Shown piece by piece: positions 56,321-64,000 of a DNA stretch of 64,000 nt (its first letter is position 1; each line of letters opens with the position of its first letter). The stretch is from an uncultured Alphaproteobacteria bacterium (lineage in GTDB: Bacteria > Pseudomonadota > Alphaproteobacteria > CAAHEQ01 > UBA3637). The stretch is from positions 12,287 to 76,286 of the forward strand of contig CALXUR010000003.1 of the NCBI GenBank assembly GCA_944391735.1, in the 5' to 3' direction. Both the position numbers and the translations under genes were made by a program. The notes under the pieces are model-generated. The model had not been told where the DNA came from. It saw only the letters and a list, made by a program, of their open reading frames with translations, and did not search any database.

Positions 56321-56917
56321 ATGAAAAAATATAAGATGATTACTGTTTTTGCCGGTGCGGCGGCGTCTATTTCATCGGTGCACCATGCCCCGATGCGTCG
56401 AACCGGAGAATTGTTGGCCGAACACGGTATTACCGTTGTTTTCGGGATCGGGGACGAAGGCATGATGGGCAGTATGTTCCAAGGGGTTCGTAATAAAAAC
56501 GGACAGGTTGTCGGTATCACAACGTTAAAATTGTTGGAATTGCAATGTAAGGATCCGTCGGTTTTCCGGTTGGGTGAGATAAAAATTGTCCCGAATTTGT
56601 CGCGGCGGAAAATGGATATGTTTCAAATGGGGGACGCGGTTTTAATCGGACCGGGCGGTTGGGGGACAATTGATGAGTTTTCCGAATACGCGGTTTTGAT
56701 TCAAACGGGTGAAGTCAAGAAAAAACCGATGATTTTTCTGAACTATAATGATTTTTGGAAGCCTTTTCAAGAATTGATGTTGAACATGTTGCAAGAAGGC
56801 ACTTTGAACCAGGATAAAGTGGATTTTGTGGAGTTTATTGACCATCCGGATGAAATTTTTGAAGCCTTGGAAAAGGTTCAAAATCGTTTGGATGCGAAAG
56901 AAAAGGAATCGGTGTAA
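56321..56917 (+). CDS. LOG-family (TIGR00730) nucleotide-binding protein, putative cytokinin riboside 5'-monophosphate phosphoribohydrolase-like
   Basis: GIGDEGMMGS...GPGGWGTIDEF resembles the LOG GGGxGLMG...PGGxGTxEE motifs. Confidence 0.7.
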   Translation: MKKYKMITVFAGAAASISSVHHAPMRRTGELLAEHGITVVFGIGDEGMMGSMFQGVRNKNGQVVGITTLKLLELQCKDPSVFRLGEIKIVPNLSRRKMDMFQMGDAVLIGPGGWGTIDEFSEYAVLIQTGEVKKKPMIFLNYNDFWKPFQELMLNMLQEGTLNQDKVDFVEFIDHPDEIFEALEKVQNRLDAKEKESV

Positions 56918-56927
56918 TACCAACGAA

Positions 56928-57464
56928 TCAAGCGCGCGGTTTGCATCCGCAATATTTTTGAGAATAGAGCCCTTTTTCCTTTGTCAGACGGGCTCTTTTT
57001 TCTTCTCCGCCGTTTTTACGCCAGTTGGTCGTATCATAGGGAATATGCTCTTCCTCTGCCGCTTTTAGGCCGGCGCGGCAAACTTGGTCAAAATCTTTAT
57101 AGCGTGAAATACCAAGGACGGATGAAAAGCGGGTAAAGCCGTTCTCCCGCGCGTAATGTGCCGCCTCTTTCAAGCGGATGAAAAAGCAAATATCACACCT
57201 TTTTCCGCGTTCCGGTTCGGTTTCCAACCCTTGGGTTGCGTGTGTCCATGTTCCCGGATCATAGGGCAATTCTATGAATGGAACGCCCAATTCATCACAT
57301 ATCCGTTTATTTTCGTTTTTGCGTTTTTCGTATTCATCTTTCGGGCGGATATTGGGATTATAAAATAAAACGGTAAAATCCGTTTTCGCCTCATATAAAT
57401 CCCGTATAACGCCGACAGAACAGGGCGCGCAGCAGGATAACAGCAATAACCTATCTTTTGTCAT
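56928..57464 (-). CDS. queH: Epoxyqueuosine reductase QueH (DUF208)
   Basis: LLLLSCCAPCS...FYNPNI...RCDICF signature. Confidence 0.8.
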   Translation of the reverse strand: MTKDRLLLLSCCAPCSVGVIRDLYEAKTDFTVLFYNPNIRPKDEYEKRKNENKRICDELGVPFIELPYDPGTWTHATQGLETEPERGKRCDICFFIRLKEAAHYARENGFTRFSSVLGISRYKDFDQVCRAGLKAAEEEHIPYDTTNWRKNGGEEKRARLTKEKGLYSQKYCGCKPRA

Positions 57465-57542
57465 GGAAACAGTATATCGAAAAACAGAGTGAAATGCAAT
57501 AAGAAGTTGACAAGGATATGAAATCTTGATAGGCTCGGGCTT

Positions 57543-57992
57543 ATGTCAAAACTCATAGAATTGTATTTACAAATTTTTCATTTTTGGATGCGCTTTCCCG
57601 AAAAAGTGCGTTATCTGTTGGTTGGCGGATATAACACGGTTATTTCATATGCGTTGTATGCATTGTTTTTGTGGATGTCCGACAGTCACCATCCGCAGGC
57701 GGCTTTGTTCGCTTCCTTTTTAATATCGTCGATTAACAGTTATTGGACGCAAAAGATTTATGTGTTCGGAACCAGAGGAAACTATGGTCGGGAATATGTG
57801 CGCTGTCTTTTTTCATGGGGGATCAGTTATCTGATGAATGTCTGCCTGTTGCAGTTTTTTCTATGGCTGAATTGGAATCCCTATGTTGCTCAATTTTTAG
57901 CATTGGCGTTGGTGACGGTTAACAGTTACCTGATGTTGAAATATATTGCTTTTCAAAATCATAAAAGGGGAAATCATGTTCGCGACCTATAA
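57543..57992 (+). CDS. GtrA-family membrane protein
   Basis: RYLLVGGYNTVISYALYALF GtrA-like motif. Four TM segments. Confidence 0.65.
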   Translation: MSKLIELYLQIFHFWMRFPEKVRYLLVGGYNTVISYALYALFLWMSDSHHPQAALFASFLISSINSYWTQKIYVFGTRGNYGREYVRCLFSWGISYLMNVCLLQFFLWLNWNPYVAQFLALALVTVNSYLMLKYIAFQNHKRGNHVRDL

Positions 57993-59892
57993 GCGTGTTT
58001 TTTGGTTATCGGCGTTGATGAGCGTCTTTGTTTTTGCTCCTTTTTACGTGACGGGATTTTCGACGGATGTATGGACGCATTTGATTCGGATTCGGGAATG
58101 GGTAGCGGCCGGTTTCCCGTGGCGGGAGCAGTTGTTAATGTCCTATAATTTCCCGTTCGGAGATGAAATGCATTGGACCAGACCGTTGGACATTATCGGC
58201 TATATTTTTGCGTGGCCGTTTATTCCCGGATGGGGATTGAAAAGAGCTCTGGAAATCATGGCGGCTTTTACACCGATTTTGTTTTTAATTGTCGGTGTGC
58301 GAGGATTCTTTTTCGGATTACGTGGTTATTTAACGCCACGGATGGCTTTTCTGGCTTTTTGGCTTTTTTTCTGGGGTATCGGATACGGGTGGGGACAATC
58401 CTTGCCGGGGTATTTTGATCAACATGTGTTTCATTTCGCGTTGTTATTATGGTGTATCGGTTTGATTTTAAGAAGCTTCCGGGTTAAAGAAAACGCAGGG
58501 TGTTTGGTGTGGAGTGGTATTTTAGGGGCAATCGGAACATGGATAACGGCCGACTTTTTTGTTAACTTATATATTTTATCGCTTCCTTTTGCGCTTGGGT
58601 GGCTGATACGTAATATGTCGTTAAAGCCTCTATTGCTCTTTTTCGGCAGTTACACACTTGTGTTGGGTGGTGTTATGTTGTTTGATCATCCGATAGGCGG
58701 TTTTTTCAGTCTTGATTTATATCGGCCGTCTTTGATTCATGTGATAATCGGGGCGATGACGTGTTTGGCTGTCGGCGTATTGATGTTTTTATTTCGATAT
58801 GTTCGGTCGACGTGTTTCCGGCGTTTGATTTATGGCACGTTGATATGTTTGAGTGTCGGTCTCTTTTTGATTTTGGTTTTTGGTGATGTGTTCATGCGGC
58901 CGCCGTATGACCTGTGGATGTATCACACATGGGTTAAACATGTCAGTGAAATGCAACCTTTATGGTCCAGTTGGAATGAATTATTGGAATACACGATTTT
59001 ACCGTTCATTTTGGCAATCGGTATGATGGTGTGGGTGATTCGCCGATACCGTTCTCCTTTAATGCCGTTGGTCGTAATCGGTGCCGCGGGAACGATTATA
59101 TACGCTTGTGTAATGGCATTTCATGTGCGTGTCGGTATTAGCCAGATGGCATTTTTTGTTTATTTAGGTGCCGCTTTTTTGAATCTTGTTTTTTTCCCGC
59201 GGGAGAAATCTTTTAAAATCTCCTTTTTATTTGTGGTCTTTTATTTAATTTTTATGGGAACGCATTTAAAAGGGAATGAAATTTTAACACGTATCAAAAC
59301 ATGGGGTGTTCAACATTATTTGGAAATGTATAAAAAGGACAACACAATTGACGTGCCGGAATATCTGAAACCGTTATTTGAAAATGCCGTTCGGGAAGAA
59401 ATGAAAAATAATCGGTCTGAAACAGCCGAAAAACCGAAAGAGGAAGTTCCCGAAAAACAGGATTTTAAGTGTGTTTCAAATGAAAAAATATGGGATGTTA
59501 TTCGTCAGGACGCCTCAAACGGCGCGTTGTTTACGGATATTTTTTCGGCACCTCAATTGGTTTGGGAAACGGGGAAGCCGACTTTGGGCGGGCCGTATCA
59601 TACAAATGTAGCGGGGATTACCGATTTGTTTTCTATTCAAACGGATCGTCCGCCGTATCATCGGGCGCGGGCACTTTTGAAAAAACATCAAGTGACGCAG
59701 TTATACTTGTTTCATCCGTCCTGTCAATCTGTTTTATTTGAAAAAAATGGCGGTAAAACAGAGCCGTATACAAAGAATATGTTTCATTTCGCCGTGTATC
59801 ATGAAACCGAAGACATGCCGGATTGGGTTCGATTGGAATATGAAGATCCCGCAACGCATATTAAAATTTTTCGTGTTGAACCGGTAAAATGA
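57976..59892 (+). CDS. Large polytopic membrane protein, possibly a GT-C-fold glycosyltransferase
   Basis: More than 12 TM helices then a soluble C-terminal domain. Adjacent to and overlapping the GtrA-like gene. RBS AAGGGG before the ATG at 57976. Confidence 0.4.
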   Translation: MFATYKRVFWLSALMSVFVFAPFYVTGFSTDVWTHLIRIREWVAAGFPWREQLLMSYNFPFGDEMHWTRPLDIIGYIFAWPFIPGWGLKRALEIMAAFTPILFLIVGVRGFFFGLRGYLTPRMAFLAFWLFFWGIGYGWGQSLPGYFDQHVFHFALLLWCIGLILRSFRVKENAGCLVWSGILGAIGTWITADFFVNLYILSLPFALGWLIRNMSLKPLLLFFGSYTLVLGGVMLFDHPIGGFFSLDLYRPSLIHVIIGAMTCLAVGVLMFLFRYVRSTCFRRLIYGTLICLSVGLFLILVFGDVFMRPPYDLWMYHTWVKHVSEMQPLWSSWNELLEYTILPFILAIGMMVWVIRRYRSPLMPLVVIGAAGTIIYACVMAFHVRVGISQMAFFVYLGAAFLNLVFFPREKSFKISFLFVVFYLIFMGTHLKGNEILTRIKTWGVQHYLEMYKKDNTIDVPEYLKPLFENAVREEMKNNRSETAEKPKEEVPEKQDFKCVSNEKIWDVIRQDASNGALFTDIFSAPQLVWETGKPTLGGPYHTNVAGITDLFSIQTDRPPYHRARALLKKHQVTQLYLFHPSCQSVLFEKNGGKTEPYTKNMFHFAVYHETEDMPDWVRLEYEDPATHIKIFRVEPVK

Positions 59893-59899
59893 GGGAATG

Positions 59900-60577
59900 T
59901 TAGAGCAGTTGCTCCCTGACTTTAGGTAAACGATGTTTTAAGGCGTATGTATTAAGGAAAAACCCTGTCAGATTCAATCCGTTTTGGATATCGGCGTCCG
60001 TGGCCGGTGCATTTTGCCAGATAAAGCGGGGAAGGGGCAGGAGTTTGTCATGATAGGGGAGGCCTTTTTCCCGACTGACCGCCCGACCCGTTCGGGGGGA
60101 AATATAGGCTAAATCGTTTTTATCTCCACCGCCGGCGCAACAGGACGTATCCAACCCGAAACCGACGGCACTTAAAAAAATCATTTCCAAGCGGACATAG
60201 TGCTTCATGAAATCAGGTGTTTCCAAAATATCTAAAAAGGCGAAAACAGCATCATATAAATCGGGAAAAGCCTGTCTTTCCGGTAAAAGATCGTCCACCA
60301 GGGCGCAAAGAGACGCCAGACAAGCCAATCGTTTTGCATCATCCAGGAATCGGATGGAAAAAGGGCAAATTTCCTCCAAATAAAAAGTTCCCAGTTGTTC
60401 AGCCAGGCGCGCTTGCCAACGGGCGGCGACAAACGTTCCCGTTTCGGGAGGTATTTTTTTTTGATAAACACCTAGGAAACGCCCGTTTTCCCGTGTCAGC
60501 AAGCTGACAATATATGATTTTTCCCCCAATTTACGGGCGGATAGGACAAGTGCTTTGTCCGTTTTAAAATCAGGCAT
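59900..60577 (-). CDS. recO: DNA repair protein RecO
   Basis: OB-fold N-terminus. CxxC...CxxC-like zinc region (SCCAGGG...). Confidence 0.8.
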   Translation of the reverse strand: MPDFKTDKALVLSARKLGEKSYIVSLLTRENGRFLGVYQKKIPPETGTFVAARWQARLAEQLGTFYLEEICPFSIRFLDDAKRLACLASLCALVDDLLPERQAFPDLYDAVFAFLDILETPDFMKHYVRLEMIFLSAVGFGLDTSCCAGGGDKNDLAYISPRTGRAVSREKGLPYHDKLLPLPRFIWQNAPATDADIQNGLNLTGFFLNTYALKHRLPKVREQLL

Positions 60578-61469
60578 TGAAATTCAAACCCCAATCGGTG
60601 TATTGTCCCGGATCTTCAGACCAATTTTCTTTGACCTTAACAAACAGAAACAAATGCACGGGTCTTTCGAACAGGCGGCTCATATCCCGGCGGGCAAGTT
60701 CGCCGATCTTTTTAATCATACTTCCTTTTTTGCCGAGAACGATGGATTTTTGTCCGGTTCGTTCGACATAAATCGTTTGTTCAATACGAATGCCGTTTTT
60801 TTGCTCCTGAAAACGGGTTGTTTCAACCGCCAGTGTATAGGGTAGCTCTTGTTGCAAATTCATGAACAGTTTTTCCCGTGTGATTTCGGCCGCAAACAAC
60901 CGGTTCGGCAAATCTGACAGTTGATCACCCGGAAACATCCACATACCCTTGGGGGCGCGGTGGGCTAAATATTGTTTTAACTCGGCGATATTTTCACCTG
61001 TTTCGGCAGAAACCATAAAGGTGTCCGTGAAAATATTTGCTTGGTTTAGCTCGGCGATTAAAGGTAATAATTTTCCTTTTGAAACCAAATCGATTTTATT
61101 CAGCACCAAAATTGTTTTTTGTTTATTTTGAGCCAGACTGTCAACGATGGTTCGGGTGTTTTTATCTATACCTTTGGCCGCGTCGACAACCAATAAACGC
61201 AGGTCGGATTCTTCGGATTCCGTCCAAGCCGAGGCGACCATGGCTCGGTCTAACCGTCGGGAGGGCTTGAATATGCCCGGTGTGTCGACTAAAATAATTT
61301 GACTTTCACCCTCAACGAAAATCCCCCGAATTCGGGAACGTGTGGTTTGCACCTTGGGTGAAACGATGGATACTTTTGCACCGACCAATCGATTGACCAA
61401 GGTTGATTTTCCCGCGTTCGGCGCGCCTAAAACCGCGGCGAATGCGAAATGTTGTCGGTTAATATCCAT
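60570..61469 (-). CDS. era: GTPase Era
   Basis: G1 GAPNAGKST, G3 DTPG, G4 NKID and a KH domain. Confidence 0.95.
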   Translation of the reverse strand: MDINRQHFAFAAVLGAPNAGKSTLVNRLVGAKVSIVSPKVQTTRSRIRGIFVEGESQIILVDTPGIFKPSRRLDRAMVASAWTESEESDLRLLVVDAAKGIDKNTRTIVDSLAQNKQKTILVLNKIDLVSKGKLLPLIAELNQANIFTDTFMVSAETGENIAELKQYLAHRAPKGMWMFPGDQLSDLPNRLFAAEITREKLFMNLQQELPYTLAVETTRFQEQKNGIRIEQTIYVERTGQKSIVLGKKGSMIKKIGELARRDMSRLFERPVHLFLFVKVKENWSEDPGQYTDWGLNFNA

Positions 61470-62097
61470 GCATACATGTCTCCATAAAAACTTGAGCCGC
61501 TTGTTGTTCCGCCTCTTTTTTGGAATGTCCGCGTCCCGTAACCGTGTGCGGACCGGCAGATAATATGACGGTGAAAACAGGGTGATGATCCGGACCGCTT
61601 TGGTCCGTCAATTTATAAACGGGTAATTCTTTAAAGTGTTTTTGCGTCCATTCTTGAACGGCCGATTTCGGATCTTGCGGTGCACGTTGTTTAGATAAGA
61701 GCAACGGTGTCCAGATGGGGGCCATGAACTGTTTAACGGCATCCAATCCGGCATCCAAATATAAGGCACCGAGGACGGATTCACACACGTCCGACAAGAC
61801 AGATGTATTATGCCGCAGTTCGTTTTCCGATGTTTTTAAAAGGGCGGGTAACCCGATTTGCTCGGCAACTTCAGCCAATGTTTCTTCCCGCACCAAGGCA
61901 ACAAAGCGTTTAGCCAAATCGCCTTCTTTTTCATCGGGAAAGGCATCATATAACATTTCCGCGACGACAATGCCGACAACTCTGTCCCCTAAAAACTCAA
62001 GTCGCTCATACCCCGCGGGACGCCCTTTGTGTGCCAGTTGAAGGGCTTGATCCAGCAATTTTTTATTATGAAATAAGTCTGCTAATTTTTGCATCAT
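61459..62097 (-). CDS. rnc: Ribonuclease III
   Basis: ERLEFLGDRV catalytic signature and a dsRBD. Confidence 0.9.
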   Translation of the reverse strand: MMQKLADLFHNKKLLDQALQLAHKGRPAGYERLEFLGDRVVGIVVAEMLYDAFPDEKEGDLAKRFVALVREETLAEVAEQIGLPALLKTSENELRHNTSVLSDVCESVLGALYLDAGLDAVKQFMAPIWTPLLLSKQRAPQDPKSAVQEWTQKHFKELPVYKLTDQSGPDHHPVFTVILSAGPHTVTGRGHSKKEAEQQAAQVFMETCMHGY

Positions 62098-62834
62098 CAG
62101 ACAAGTCCTTTAAAAAAACGTTCTAAACGCAGAGAATCGCCCCATTTCCAGAATTGCCAGAAAGCACCTGTCCCGTTGTTTGAATAAAAAATAAATCGTG
62201 CTTTTCCCTCCAGATTTTGAGCCGGGACAAATCCGAAAATACGGCTGTCGGATGAGTTATCCCGATTGTCTCCCATCATAAAATAATGATTTTCGGGAAC
62301 GGTAAAGACATCTGTATCATCCAGTATTTTGTTATCTCCCTGTTCATAAATCAGATGTTGAACCCCATTCGGGAGTGTTTCCAGGTATTTTGTATAATGG
62401 ACAAGGCCTTCCACTTCAACGACCCAGTCTTCTTCGGCGATTTTTTCACGCTCGACCAATTTATCGTTAATATAGAGGCGGCCGCCGGCCATTTGAATGC
62501 GATCCCCCGGCAGGCCGATGACACGCTTGATGTAATCTGTTTTGTTGTCCGTCGGCAGTTTAAAAATAACGATATCACCCCGTTGCGGTTCATCGGCAAA
62601 AATGCGTCCGCGCGGAACAAGGGGAACGGAGAGAGGGAAAGAATGACGGGAGTAGCCGTAATCGTATTTTGAAACAAAAAGATAATCTCCGATCAAGAGT
62701 GTCGGAACCATGGAGCTGGACGGAATATTATACGGCTCAAAAATCAAAGATCGGATGGCCAAGGCGATTAAAAGAGCCCAAAAAAGACCGCGGACATTTG
62801 ACCAGAAGGTGTCTTTCTTTTTTTTCTTTTCCAT
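62097..62834 (-). CDS. lepB: Signal peptidase I
   Basis: SSSMVPTL (Ser box), GDNRDNSSDSR and a Lys box. Confidence 0.9.
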   Translation of the reverse strand: MEKKKKKDTFWSNVRGLFWALLIALAIRSLIFEPYNIPSSSMVPTLLIGDYLFVSKYDYGYSRHSFPLSVPLVPRGRIFADEPQRGDIVIFKLPTDNKTDYIKRVIGLPGDRIQMAGGRLYINDKLVEREKIAEEDWVVEVEGLVHYTKYLETLPNGVQHLIYEQGDNKILDDTDVFTVPENHYFMMGDNRDNSSDSRIFGFVPAQNLEGKARFIFYSNNGTGAFWQFWKWGDSLRLERFFKGLV

Positions 62835-62885
62835 TTGAAATTTTATCCTTTATCTGTTATGATGATTCAATGAATCATGTTATAG

Positions 62886-64000
<1,115 letters not shown>

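Overview
This 64 kb window is a bacterial chromosomal segment with about 46-50% GC conserved-gene regions and several AT-rich accessory patches. The gene order (rpsE-rplO-secY-adk-rpsM-rpsK-rpoA-rplQ, with no rpsD and no rpmD) and the protein sequences suggest an alphaproteobacterium, possibly Rickettsiales/Holosporales-like. This is inference only.

Conserved housekeeping genes recognised: parC, rlmN, fabI, a murD-like ligase, pepN, ssb, gyrA, a periplasmic cyclophilin, truA-fmt-def, thpR, carD, mscS, anmK, plsC, ftsEX, miaB, rpsA, queH, recO-era-rnc-lepB and tgt. There are also two tRNAs: a CAU-anticodon tRNA on the minus strand and tRNA-Ala(CGC).

The most interesting region is a roughly 7.7 kb AT-rich island directly after tRNA-Ala (33.5-41.2 kb). 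It holds a family of paralogous toxin-like genes. Each has the same novel 75-aa His/Cys-rich N-terminal domain, encoded on nearly identical DNA with a nearly identical 5' leader. The C-terminal domains differ and all appear to target peptidoglycan: GH108 lysozyme with PG_binding_3, a T4-lysozyme-like domain, and a Tlde1/YkuD-like L,D-transpeptidase domain, plus one small unknown domain. The copies are at different stages of decay: one frameshifted at a T8 homopolymer, one carrying an in-frame deletion and a nonsense codon, and one 3' remnant. They are interleaved with duplicated, shuffled genes for small secreted proteins, lipoproteins and a membrane protein, which are candidate immunity genes.

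Other notable items are three prepilin-like proteins with an atypical ESG(R/K)xxxE cleavage motif and large Cys-rich C-terminal domains. Two of these sit immediately upstream of parC and gyrA respectively. There is also a murD-like gene overlapping a PP-loop ATPase gene outside any dcw context, possibly a MurD2/MurL-type pair. A low-GC HExxH metalloprotease-like gene lies beside the CAU tRNA next to an ldcA remnant. A promoter-to-terminator candidate sRNA, an RHS/YD-repeat pseudogene fragment, and a 36-bp tandem duplication of a translation-initiation region were also found.
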